Origin: Eledone cirrhosa
Lineage: Eukaryota
Length of the DNA: 64,000 nucleotides
Direction of reading: 5' to 3'
Assembly: GCA_964016885.1 (NCBI GenBank)
Contig: OZ024740.1
Coordinates: forward strand, 153,512,001 to 153,576,000
Both the position numbers and the translations under genes were made by a program. Of this stretch, positions 1-12,501 are shown piece by piece (the first letter of the stretch is position 1; the number at the start of each line of letters is the position of its first letter). Below the pieces are notes generated by a model, which worked only from the letters and a program-made list of their open reading frames with translations, was not told where the DNA came from and did not search any database.

Positions 1-1117
1 TGTGTATCTGTCTGTCTCTGTCTCTCCCTGCGTGTGGGTGTCTGTGTGAGTGTGTGCAAACATGAGCATTATAGCATGTGTGGCTGTGCATGTTTTGATT
101 TATCTACATAGCCTTGTATGTCTTATTACATGCTAAATAAACGTCTAGAATATTTTACATATTTTCATATTAGAATGCACGTATGACTGTTTATGTATGT
201 GTCAGCATTTCTAGTAATAGCTATATATAGCCTCACAAATTTATGCTGGAGTACACAGTTCAGTGATTATAGAATTTATTAATATTTCAAGTGCTCTTCT
301 AACTCAGCAATGAATTCACCATCCTATACTGAAAGTTCTTTGATTTGCTCAATTTCAAATATGCTTATGTATCTATTCATATGTAATATATGTATATTAC
401 ATATGACATGGATGTATTATATATGTATACATTATGCATGTTATATACGTGCGTATATAGATAGATAGATATGTGTACGCATGTTACATATACCATCTAT
501 CTATTATCTGTGTGTATGTATGTGTCTGTGTGTACACATGGTACATATAAAGTCGACAACTTTCAGAAATCCTTAAAAATGTGTTGTTTGTATGACCCAC
601 GAGGGAAAAGATGAGTGGCAAGAGAAGGTTTAGATTTACAAAAGCTCACAAGATGTTTAAGAAAAAACAGTATAAAAGTTATTTGCAAATGTAATCATTA
701 TACCCTAGCACCAGATTGCAGAGTAATAAAAATAGAACTTATGAATATTATTATTAGGGGGTCATGTTGGCCTAGCAGAATTCATAGAAGGGTGTGTAAG
801 ACACTGCAATATTTAGTTTCATTGCTCTATATTTTATGTTCCAATACTACTGTAGTCTACTTCGCCATTCATCAGGGAATTTGATAAATTGAATATTTAT
901 CCATACACAGGCATGGCATGGCTAATGGAGATCACGTTGTAAGAACATAGTTTTCAGTTCAATCCCACTGCATGTCACATTGGGCAAATATAGTCTACTA
1001 TAGACTTGGGTTCACCAATGTCTTGTAAATGAAATTAAGTAGATTGAAACTGAGTGGAGGTCCCATATATATGTGTGTGTATGTATATATATATACACAT
1101 ACACACAAGGGTTGGAC

Positions 1118-1155
<38 letters not shown>

Positions 1156-1205
1156 CTGCCCAACCTTTGCTAGTAGGGAAAGCAAACATTAAAACAAGGA
1201 TGATG

Positions 1206-1261
<56 letters not shown>

Positions 1262-1357
1262 TACACAAACGTATGTATGCATATATATATATACACATAT
1301 ATACACACACGTATACATGTACACAGATACACACACACACACACACACATATATATA

Positions 1358-1658
1358 TCATCATCATCATCATCATCATATGTCTGCTTTTCCCTGCTTG
1401 CAAGGGTTGGACAAGAACTGATTCTGGCTTGATTTCTACAGCTGGATGCCCTTCCTAACACCAACCTCATTTACAGTGAGTGCTGGGTGCTTTTTTGCCG
1501 TGGCACCTCCACGACCACTTTGCAGTGGAATGATAGGGACCCCAGTCCCTATCATCTCATTTCTACAGCTGAGTAAACTGGAGCAATGTGAAATAAAGTG
1601 TCTTGCTCAAGGAAACAACACATCACCCGGTCTGAGAATTGAACTCACAACCTTTCGA
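1358..1658 (-). mobile_element. tRNA-derived SINE with RTE-type 3' tail, 5'-truncated at a (TA)n tract
   Basis: The minus strand has a B-box-like GAGTTCAATTC, the core TTCCTTGAGCAAGACACTTTATTTCAC and a (GAT)n tail. Near-identical to 2892-3226. Confidence 0.85.
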
Positions 1659-1989
1659 TATATATATATATAACACATACTACCTATGTATGTATGTATG
1701 TATCATTTAATAAGTAATTATACAGAGTGCAACAATATCCATCAATAGTAACCAAGAGGCATTCGTTGGTATGAAAACCTATTTTTGATATAATTACTTT
1801 ACAATACATCATACAAGTTATTTCATACTATTCAGGCCAAATCCACACACATGTTTATATATAATGCTTATCTACTCAGTTTTGAATTGGACGACTTTCT
1901 TACTCATAAGTATGTGACATTGGCGCCATGATGATCTATATAGTAGCTTTTTAAACCAGCAAGTGATTTATATTTAGGACATATCAGTA

Positions 1990-2665
1990 CCTTTTGTCCT
2001 TCATTATCCAACGAGGGAATTTGACATGGCACTTTATGTCTGACTTGGGCCAGTATACATTACCACGCACATGGCAAGTTAAGGTTGCATCATCAAACTG
2101 CAGAACTGTATTCCATTCAGTTGCACATCCCATCACTCTGTAAAATGTCCTCTGAACCCAGCTTTCTAGAAAAGAATCCGACCACAAACTTGACACATCA
2201 GCTTTACCTTCACGTAGCTCCACGTCACAAATTCTATGGCTTGTCCTTTTCAATTTTTCATGATCTATAAACTTTAAATCATAATCCTTCACCTATTCAT
2301 ACAGATTTTCCCCCCATAAGCAGTTGTTTTCCAATTATTCAGTGCAACCCCCAATCTTTTCAGGTCTTTTTGTATGTTGTCACAAAATTGTATTTTTGAC
2401 TTTCATGCAGATATCTTCCACATATTTAGCTCTCCATGCAACAATTGTTTCATCCACAAGTTGAACAATGTGTCCAACCCAATGCAATCTACTGTCATCA
2501 AATGAGATTCTAGCTCATGCCCTTAGCATATTGAAACACAGCTGTATCAGGTGAAAAACTTGTCCATTTCATACCTAGAAACTGTAAAAGACAGTGCTGC
2601 TGAAACCTTTCTAAAAGCTTTATGTGCTTCCTGTGTATGGTCCATATTTCAGAGGCATACAAAAA
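1990..2665 (-). pseudogene. Decayed RTE-clade LINE, 3' part of the RT ORF
   Basis: Manual minus-strand translation gives FLYASEIWTIHRKHIKLLERFQQHCLLQFLGMKW, SRLHWVGHIVQL, KQLLMG and a C-terminal CQVCGRILF*KAGFRGH zinc-finger-like motif. Stops and frameshifts are present. Confidence 0.8.
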
Positions 2666-2689
2666 TGTTTAATCTGTGCCATTTTTCTG

Positions 2690-3420
2690 TCAATAATAGA
2701 ACTTTTGTATCAAAGTTTCATGATCTCTATGCTGATGACTATGACCTTGTGGCACATTCAGAAGCAGTTTCTAATGGATCTTGTTTGTGCAGTGTGCAAC
2801 GTTTTTGGTTTAAGAATTAGCCCGAGCAACAAAAGTTATGTTTTCTCCGGTACCAAGACCCAAACTTTTTGGGTTCGTCTGGCTGCTGTCAATCATCATT
2901 TCATTTTATGTCCGCTTTTCCCTGCTTGCAAGGGTGGGACGGGAACTGATGCTGGCTTGATTTCTACAGCTGGATGCCCTTCCTAACACCAACCTCATTT
3001 ACAGCGAGTGCTGGGTGCTTTTTTGCCGTGGCACCTTCACGACCACTTTGCAGTGGAATGATAGGGACCCCAGTCCCTATCATCTCATTTCTACAGCTGA
3101 GTAAACTGGAGCAATGTGAAATAAAGTGTCTTGCTCAAGGAAACAACACATCACCCGGTCTGAGAATTGAACTCACAACCTTTCGATTGCAAGGCAAATG
3201 CTCTAACCACTAAGCCATGTGCCTCCAATAGCTTTGTTTATCTAGGAAGTACAATTTTGAGACTGTGTCACTGGATGAAAAGGTGAATTTGTGTATTAGA
3301 AAAGCAGGTTCAGTGTTTAGTAGGTTCCTGGAGAGTGTGTGGTCCCTGCATGACATAGTATCAACAAAAGTAGCCGTGTATAATGTTTGTGTTCTCACTT
3401 CACTATTTTATTCCTTCATA
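2690..3420 (+). pseudogene. Decayed RTE-clade LINE RT core, inverted relative to 1990-2665 and interrupted by a SINE
   Basis: LYADDYDLVAHSE (YADD motif), FGLRIS, then after the SINE YLGS and SLDEKVNLCIRKAGSVFSRFLESVW...TKVAVYNVCVLTSLFY. Confidence 0.8.
2892..3226 (-). mobile_element. Full-length tRNA-derived SINE with RTE-type tail
   Basis: A-box TGGCTTAGTGG and B-box-like GAGTTCAATTC on the minus strand. Same core and tail as 1358-1658. Confidence 0.88.
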
Positions 3421-3427
3421 TTGGACC

Positions 3428-3481
<54 letters not shown>

Positions 3482-5015
3482 ACATTGACATACATACATG
3501 CACATCTATGTACACCTATATATGTATGTGCGTGTATAGTAAAAATAGCAAACATGAAAAATTAAATTTTATTTTAGTACGTTTCTACAAAAAACAAAAT
3601 TAAAAAATAAGCAAATATATAGTTAAGCTCTTGCTCAAGCTACATTATTCATATATATTACAACCTGAACGTTGAGTCACGGAATTAATTACTAATCCTG
3701 TTCATTTTTGTGTCTACAAACAAGATAAAAATGCTTAGTTCAGCAATTTCCCTGTAATGACATCCTTATAACCACAACAATTGCATGTTATATGATAAAT
3801 GATGCACTACAATTAAAAAAAGACGTTAAGGATGATGCTATGTTTTAAATGATTACCAGTTTCATTGTATCTACCCAAGAGAAAGCAAAAGAGAAAGAAG
3901 AACACACACAAAAAGACTAATAGGTTATAGGTGATTTATTCCTTATTGAGTCAATGTTCAGATCGTGATATATATACACACCTATTATATATGTGAATAA
4001 TGAAGCTTTAGTAAGGTTTTTACTGTTTGTTTGTGTAGAAACATGCGTCAGAAGAATAAAATAACTAAAATGTCTTCATCAAATATTTAGGGGCTTTCTA
4101 CCATCTCGTCCATATCTGCTAGTCGGATTTACTTACACAAAGTTTGGTTCTAAAATACTTTTTACAATTTATACTAGTGATGAGTAGATTCGTCTTATAT
4201 TGCTGATTGTGGGATTATAGTGAGCTTGAAACGATTTCTAGTTTTCTCATCACTTTCATGGCCATATTTCTAATGGAAGACGTTACCTGTGATCTTTATA
4301 TAATTTCAAAAATATCAATAATTTGGATAGATTTAGTGATATATCTAACTTTCTCATTATTAAGTTGGTATTTGGAACTTAACAGCTTCTAACAGAATTA
4401 TGATGGAAGGTTTTTAGATATATATAAACACAGTAAAATAAAACTGCTTTATATCGTAAAACCACGGGCGGTTCCAGACAGGTTAGTATCAAAAAGTTAA
4501 ACAATCTGACTATTCTCCTACTCATCCACTCATTCAGTCACTCCACGAATATTTTCAAGAAAATCATGTTAACATATGATAAATGAAACAGGCAGACTTA
4601 CTGGAAAAATCGGAAGCAACAGAGAGAAAGAGAGCGGAGAGAGAGAGAGAGAGAATTATTGTGTGGCGAAGGTGTTCGCTTCGGAATTGTGTGGTTTCGT
4701 GTTCAGTCCTGCTGAGTGACACTTTAGGCAAGTGTCTGTCAATATCGAGTCAGATCAAACAATACTTTGGTAAACAAAATCTGTAAGGAAGCTAACCCGA
4801 GGCATGTGCGCGTCAAGATGTGTGTGTGTGTCGGCATCACGACACCAATAAGCAGTAGTATTTGTTTACGTCTCTCATTAAAAACACCACCCATACTGTA
4901 GCAGTTCAGTAATCAGCAATACATGCCATACTTAAGAAATGAAAAGTCTTATCATACTCGTCGTGCGAGTATGAGAAAGCGTGCACAATAAGAAAGATGA
5001 TTATGTGTGTGTGTG

Positions 5016-5070
<55 letters not shown>

Positions 5071-5075
<5 letters not shown>

Positions 5076-5270
5076 GAAGGAAGTGTGGTAAGGAACCAGG
5101 TGAACCATAACGCACCAGAGTACTCAATACTTAGGGTAGTAGAGTGGGTAATAGGAAAATGTTTAACTCCGACGGCAGAGCTCAAGCCGTTTCGACGGCT
5201 ATTTCTGAATCCAGAAATAGCCGTCGAAACGGCTTGAGCTCTGCCGTCGGGGTTATAAACATTTTCCTAT
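5071..5270 (-). mobile_element. Penelope pLTR-like fold-back element with the 3' half of a hammerhead
   Basis: Inverted repeat 5151-5207 / 5212-5270 with a 4-nt loop, (TA)n on both sides, and the motif GAAACGGC-ttgagctct-GCCGTC. Homologous to 22087-22273. Confidence 0.7.
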
Positions 5271-6114
5271 ATATATATCCAAATAATAAATTAAGGGTTG
5301 TCATGTCTGAGAGACATGCGCCATATCCACTGCAGAATAAGCTCAAAGATTCCAATGAATAGATCTGAGCATTTTATATCAACTAGAAATAGATTGACAT
5401 ATATATATATATATAAAATAAACATATGGAACAATCACAGAATAATTTGTAAAGTATGTAAGCACACATAGCTAGGTAGGTAACCAATTAAAGTTTAACT
5501 AGAACTTCAAATATAGATACCTTTTAAAATGATTAATCTCCTTTGTATATATTTCTTTAAATAAAAAATATATTTCACCAATTAATCAGTAAATCACAGT
5601 AGTCAATTCCTGGATGGTCACCAAAGGAGAAGATCCAACTGTCTGCGTTTACAAAGCAAATGCAAATCTGTGAATGACTCGAACCACGTGTTGCATTTTA
5701 TGCTAACTCATTTACGGAGTATTTTGTGTGCATTTTATCGAGGCACAAGAACTATCTATTATACATTCATTTATATATATATATATATATATAAATGTAT
5801 AATAGATAGTTATTGTGCCTCGATAAAATGCACCCCAAATACTCTAAATGAGTTAGCATTAAGAAGAGCATCCAGTCATAGAAAGCAAACTAAAACATGG
5901 AATGTATGAGCAAGACGTTTCTAGAACTTATCTAGTTTCGGACCATGATGATCTGTCCAACCCATACTGGAAAACACGTAAAATGATAATGACGATGATG
6001 ATGATGATATTGAGAGAGAGAGAGAGAGAGAGAGTGAGTGTGACAAACAGAGAGAATTAAAATAACTTAAATCAGCCACCATCTGCATATCAATATATAT
6101 ATATATATATATAA

Positions 6115-6184
<70 letters not shown>

Positions 6185-6185
6185 A

Positions 6186-6223
<38 letters not shown>

Positions 6224-6991
6224 TCTGTGTATGAAAAGAATCTATCAAAGCTTGTCAAGGAATTACTTTTGAAATAAAATGTACATTGAAATTGAAATTG
6301 CTTTTCGATTACATTCGACATGCTTTTCGATTACGAGATCGATAGAATACTTATGTAGCAGACAAAAGAACTGGCATCGATATAATCGAGTAAAACCTTT
6401 GAAGGCGGTGACACAGCATGGCGACGGTCAATTGACAGAGACCAGTCAAAGAACAAAAGAATACACTGAAACAGATTGTATTATTCAAAGAAAGGAAAGG
6501 AATGAGAAATCTTTTACCTTTCTGTCATATACATACACTCTCTTCCTACAGAGAGAGAGAGAGGCGTGCGTGCGTGCGTGCGTGTGTGTGTGCGTATGCA
6601 TATATGTGTCTGGGTACTCACAAAAGCACTAACATAGCATCCTAAAGATATTGTTTTGGAAATGACATCTTTCATGTATAGTCATTATGTAATGAATATT
6701 TTTGCATAGAAGAGGGGACATGATTAAATACATCAGTTCCAAACTGGAATAAACACTGGGGTCAATATGATCCCTTGATGCTTTAACAGTAGAAGAAAAA
6801 TACATAAATACATTATGCACAGGACTGGCACTACTATTAGGCCAACTAGGTAGTCACCCATGTGCAGAGCTCAAAGGAAGCGTATTACTGAACTAATAAT
6901 AGATCACAGTTTTATATTAATTTGAATAAGTAAATTATATATATCTAAATCTATAGCACCAGAGCCACGAACTTTATTGAGGAAACTCCGA

Positions 6992-7290
6992 CTACAAGCA
7001 GCATATAGCCTCTTGCTCCTTACCTGTAAGTGTTGTGATGTTCCAGATTCCAATTGTCAAGGTTTGTTCCCTTTCGAACCCTCTTTGGGGCCTCGGGATA
7101 CGCAATCTTTGTGTGTCCATCCCACACCTCCCAGGACAGGTTGAAAGCTCATTGCCAGTTTTTACGACATGAAATTGAGACTGCAATATAATTTTAGAAC
7201 AGGCCCCTCTACCTAAGTCCGGAACACGTCTCTTGTTAACCCGCGCGAAGGACGATGTGGTATGATTCTTTTTCCTACCTCTTACCATAT
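6992..7290 (-). pseudogene. LINE 5' fragment: start of an APE endonuclease (RTE-like)
   Basis: TLTIGIWNITTLTGKEQE resembles the N-terminal IGTWNVxTL motif of LINE APE domains. Confidence 0.65.
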
Positions 7291-7637
7291 TGCAATTTTG
7301 GTGGCCATATTTGCGTCAGTCACCAATTTGGTAAGTTCTCAAAACCGCGAAGAATAGCTTTTTTTAGAGGCGGCCTTTACTCACCTCGTCATATCTACAT
7401 TACTGGGTTGTGAGTTTTCTTGGCAGTTAAAGGTGTCTTCAATTGCTCAATCTTCTCTAGTAGTTTACTGCTTGGGGATCCAGCCAGATCAGCTGAAGAC
7501 GGTTGAAGAAGACGAAGGCGAAGAAGATGAAGAAATTATATATATATAATCATTTCTTGCGATCAACTCATAAATTATTGGCCTTGTACCTAAATGTAGA
7601 AAACATTATTTTCAACTGATTTTTAACAAATCACTTT

Positions 7638-7708
7638 GACAGTATGACAGGTTTGTTGGACTGTGACCAAAGACAGTATGACAGGTTTGTTGGACTGTGA
7701 CCAAAGAC
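7638..7708. repeat. 34-bp tandem duplication
   Basis: gacagtatgacaggtttgttggactgtgaccaaa occurs twice in tandem. Confidence 0.9.
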
Positions 7709-7824
7709 ATGGGTTCAAAAATGCCACTAGCTCTATATTATATTTCATCATCGTAATTATTCCGACAACAGTCGAACATTCCTGATAAGGTCTCTCCACA
7801 ATGAACGAATTTCCATTGATCCTG

Positions 7825-8138
7825 GCAACTACTCCTTACTGTTGGCAGACAGGAAACCCTCTTTGCGATAGTGAAAAGACGAAAGCTTGTCTGGTATGGC
7901 CATGTATCCCGCCACAACTCCCTGTTTAAAACTATCCCCCAGGGCACAGTCAAGGAGAGACGAATGAGAGGCAACCAAAGAAAATCCTGGCTGCTCAACA
8001 TCAAAGACTGGACTGGTCACAACACCGAGGCCCTTTTACGTGTGGCGGGGAATAGAGACCAGTAGCAACGACGGACTGCGAAATCGTCTAGGGTGCCACC
8101 CCAACGACTGACTACACCAGTTGCGGGAACGTGATGCG
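7825..8138 (+). pseudogene. RTE-clade LINE 3' fragment
   Basis: VKRRKLVWYGHVSRHNSLFKTIPQGTVKERRMRGNQRKSW is a typical RTE ORF C-terminus. Confidence 0.8.
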
Positions 8139-8468
8139 AGCTTGTGTATAACTTCCTGCTTACTTCTTCAGCAATGTTCTATAAATCACAACCGTCTTTA
8201 AGCAATTGTAGTTGTTATCTCGGGCAAGATTCGTTATATTAAATTTAGAAAACTGTATTCACGTCTGCTTCAAGTAAGATGATTATACACACACACACAC
8301 AAACGTATTCAGACAGCGTACAAACGTGGACACATACAAGCACAGTTAGAAGTTTTAGTACACACACACACACACACACACGTGTATATATATATATATA
8401 TATGCACACACACACACACAACACACATATATACAGACATTAAAAGTCAGTGTGTGTATATATATATG

Positions 8469-8537
<69 letters not shown>

Positions 8538-8583
8538 AAATAAAATAAAAAAGTCAAATGTTTAAAATTTGGCTTCGTTTATT

Positions 8584-8638
8584 ACTGCTATATATAGTTC
8601 GGTGGCAGCCATCTTTGGCTGTGACCTCTTCAGGCAGT
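8584..8638 (-). ncRNA. Mirror hammerhead copy with a GAAA-to-GAAC core substitution
   Basis: Reverse complement of 8864-8918 with two substitutions, one of them in the conserved GAAA. Confidence 0.65.
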
Positions 8639-8863
8639 CCGAATTAGTGTGGTAGAGACGAGTACACATGTTGAGGTGTATAACTTTGTCAATACTCTGA
8701 TATGCCCAGTTCCTGGTTGGGTTGTTATTTCACTGAGGAACTGGAATCATGATTCCAGTTCCTCAGTGAAATAACAACCCAACCAGGAACTGGGCATATC
8801 AGAGTATTGACAAAGTTATACACCTCAACAACATGTGTACTCGTCTCTACCACACTAATTCGG

Positions 8864-8918
8864 ACTGCCTGAAGAGGTCACAGCCAAAGATGGCTGTCAC
8901 CGAAATATATATAGCAGT
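8864..8918 (+). ncRNA. Type I minimal hammerhead ribozyme motif
   Basis: actgc CTGAAGA ggtcacagcca-aaga-tggctgtcacc GAAA tatata TA gcagt: stem I, catalytic core, stem II and a short self-complementary stem III. Predicted cleavage after 8913. Confidence 0.8.
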
Positions 8919-9056
8919 AATAAACGAAGCCAAATTTTAAACATTTGACTTATTTATTTTATTTTACATTACTCCGGAATAACCAAACCAACCTGCGCAC
9001 TTCGTCGAGTGCTCCAATCTGCATACTGAGGTGTTGGTATACAACCAACATATACT

Positions 9057-9113
<57 letters not shown>

Positions 9114-9146
9114 TATATATACAGACATTAAAAGTGTGTGTGTGTG

Positions 9147-9194
<48 letters not shown>

Positions 9195-9594
9195 GACTTT
9201 TAATGATGCCGACTTACATACATACATTCACACACTAAATTACAAAGCTGATCACCACCACCACACATACAGAATTAAAATGTTAGACCATACAAGCACA
9301 CATAGTAACAATGGATAGTGCGTGCACACACACACACACACAGATAGTTACAAATGATATTGCATATAAATACAGGTCGTTACAAATGTTTGCACACACA
9401 CATACCCACACATTTACAGATGTTAGCCCGCACATATTTATACAGATATAGTGACACTCACACGTGCATACACAATCTACCTCATATCGCATATTCACAA
9501 ATCCAAGTTAAGTGTTCCAAGTCATCACTTTCATCTTCAAACTACTTTAAAATCTTGTAGTTACACACACACACTCTCTCTCTCTGACGCACGC

Positions 9595-9646
<52 letters not shown>

Positions 9647-9841
9647 AAGTAGTTTCAAAGAGAAAGACACAAACCACTAACACACACACATTACTATTAT
9701 TGTCCACATGTTCACACACACACGGTTATATATTCATATCAATTACAAACATGTGCGAACAGACGGACACACACACGTATTAATTCATGTAGCTCGTAGC
9801 GAAATTTGGCATTTTATTTTCAGACCACACAGAGGCACACA

Positions 9842-9903
<62 letters not shown>

Positions 9904-10509
9904 TGTGAGTGTGAGTGTGTGTGTGTGTGTGAGAGAGAGTGATTGTGTGTATGAGTGAGTGTGTGTGTGAGTGCATACATACATACATACATACATACAG
10001 AGAGATGGATAATTCTAACATCTAAATCTAAATAATTATCCTGGTACTTAAGAGTTTCAAGAGAAAAACCGAGACGCACGCACACACACAAACTAAATGT
10101 AATAAACTAAGCACACTCAAATATATTTGGATCTGATTGTTATCATAGACCACACACACACACACACACACACTAATATCTTTAACTCAGAAGCATTCAA
10201 CATATGTATATTGGAATTAGTTATCACACATCCCGCACGCACACATTTTAACACTAATATATTAAACAGAAAAACCAATATATAAATAAACATACATATA
10301 GCCACGCACGCTCACGCACACACACATATCGTCTGCAATGACATACGTACGACGATAGAAAAAACCTATCCAAGTCAAGGAATCTCGACGTCAGTGTTTC
10401 CTAACCCTTTGTGCACCATATCCCACCTCAACACCTCAAACATTGCTATTCCCCGCTCCACTCCCATTGATATGGAAAGGAACAGTCGATTATAATTTAT
10501 ATCATAGAT

Positions 10510-10799
10510 CAGGCATGAACAACCTTTTTCGAGAAGTAGGGCTGCACGAGATATGGTTCATCATCAGGCGGGCCGCAAGCACTAATTTACATTCGTGCCC
10601 ACATTTAAAAAAAGGGTGGTAACTCGGGTTGTTTTGATTTGTTTCTTAAGAATTCGGACACGTTTTCCTCGATCATAAAAACGATAGAAAGATAATTTAC
10701 GACTGAAAAGTAGGGGTAAAAAAAATCAGAAAGATTTCACTTAGGTGACTTAGGCGATCCATTCAGAAAGACTCGCGGGCCGCAGGTTGTCCATGACTG
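10510..10799. mobile_element. Non-autonomous hAT (Charlie-like) DNA transposon
   Basis: TIRs caggcatgaacaacct / aggttgtccatgactg, subterminal gcgggccgca repeats, and a degenerate 8-bp TSD tcatagat/ttataaat. Sits inside an older SINE remnant. Confidence 0.75.
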
Positions 10800-10895
10800 T
10801 TATAAATCCTGGAAGAATGAAGGAAGACAAAGTCGACCATTATGGAATTTAAACTCAGACTGTAAAAAGCTGAAACTCAACGACCAACTATTTAT

Positions 10896-10965
10896 GTCAA
10901 TCCACCAAACATTGATTTCTTACAGAAGCCAGTCAATCCACCAAACATTGATTTCCTACAGAAGA
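10896..10965. repeat. ~36-bp tandem duplication
   Basis: gtcaatccaccaaacattgatttc(t/c)tacagaag occurs twice. Confidence 0.85.
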
Positions 10966-11955
10966 CGAAGACATTTGAGTGGCAAAGAATTTGAAGTAGT
11001 GGTGGTTATGCTGTTCCAAATGATATAACTAGCAGAAATAAGCCCATAAAAGCTAGTAAAATGGCCAGTCCAGATCCACTGAGATGCCGCGCTCAATGCT
11101 AATGTTTTAATCTTGTCTGAAGGTGGTTTTCTATTAGTTATGGCTGCTATTTTTAGCAAGTCGAGCGACCATATTATGTTGGATTATGTGGAGAATATGT
11201 GATCATTACAACCAAGTGGGGATCAGCAGGAAAATATACCCACGTCACACCAAGTTTGGTGGTATGGAGTCACTCTGGATTTGTTGGTTTGAGGCCCAAG
11301 CGGTTTTCACACTTTTATTCTCCCTCATTTAAAATTCTTTGCATCTTCTCGCGCTTTTTTTTTTTTTTTTTCAAATAGTGTGTATGTGTATACATATATT
11401 ATCGAGTATATATCGTTCAATATACATGTTTGGGTGTGTGAGAGAGAGAATCATAATTTAGTTGCAAATGTTAATTATGTTTGTGAACTATACAGAAAAC
11501 ATGGGTTTGGTTATTAAAACATCCACCGAATATTTATCTCAAGATAAAAAAAAAAAAGAAGCACTATTTCAACACTGTCAACAAGAGGGCAGTGTAGCGG
11601 GGTGGTAGGAAGGGGAATAAAAGTGGGACGAAAATGTTTGTAAAATTTTGCTATAATAACCAAGCTCTGTATAAGGACTGGTCTTATCTGATGAATAAAA
11701 TAGCTATACTTGTAATAAAACATAAGAGCCTATGTGTAATAAAGTAACTTTCTGTGTTTATTGAAGCTCTACACTCAGATATATATATATATATATATTG
11801 GAATAAATGCTCTGAAATAGCGATATATATGTGAATATAGACATAGAATATTCGAAAATATTCTGTATGTTTATAATAAACATTTTGAAGACCTAATCGC
11901 TATAGAATAGAATACGTCACGTATTACAATTAGATTCTCGATAAAAGCAAGGGAA

Positions 11956-11998
11956 GTAATCTACGCGTTTCATTCTTGTTAGAAATCATCAGGACTAC
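11956..11998 (-). ncRNA. Type I minimal hammerhead ribozyme motif (inverted copy)
   Basis: Reverse complement of 12459-12501. Confidence 0.85.
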
Positions 11999-12458
11999 AT
12001 ATCCAGTGCTTTTATCGAGAATGACACAGCTAGAGACTTATAGAATACTTAGCTGTGTACAGGAACTGGTTTGAAAGAGCGGTTGCCGGTCCGGCAGAAA
12101 TTAGAAATTGGAATAAATGCTCTGAAATAGCGATATATATGTGAATATAGACATAGAATATTCGAAAATATTCGAATAACGCGTAGATTACTTCCCTTGC
12201 TTTTATCGAGAATCTAATTGTAATACGTGACGTATTCTATTCTATAGCGATTAGGTCTTCAAAATGTTTATTATAAACATACAGAATATTTTCGAATATT
12301 CTATGTCTATATTCACATATATATCGCTATTTCAGAGCATTTATTCCAATTTCTAATTTCTGCCGGACCGGCAACCGCTCTTTCAAACCAGTTCCTGTAC
12401 ACAGCTAAGTATTCTATAAGTCTCTAGCTGTGTCATTCTCGATAAAAGCACTGGATAT

Positions 12459-12501
12459 GTAGTCCTGATGATTTCTAACAAGAATGAAACGCGTAGATTA
12501 C
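12459..12501 (+). ncRNA. Type I minimal hammerhead ribozyme motif
   Basis: gtagtc CTGATGA tttct-aaca-agaat GAAA cgcg TA gattac, with palindromic stem III ACGCGT and predicted cleavage after 12495. Stem I is extended by a 16-bp helix, 12435-12450 with 12508-12523. Confidence 0.85.

Larger units (their letters stand above)
8533..9059 (+). mobile_element. Penelope pLTR-like palindromic element with two hammerhead motifs
   Basis: Zero-spacer palindrome centred at 8749/8750 (ggaatca|tgattcc) with ~215-bp arms, an unpaired 3' extension 8968-9059 and (TA)n on both sides. Confidence 0.8.

Noticed and set aside
3150-3226. tRNA-like sequences here and at other SINE heads
   Set aside because: They have A/B boxes but are fused to SINE bodies and show no convincing full cloverleaf.
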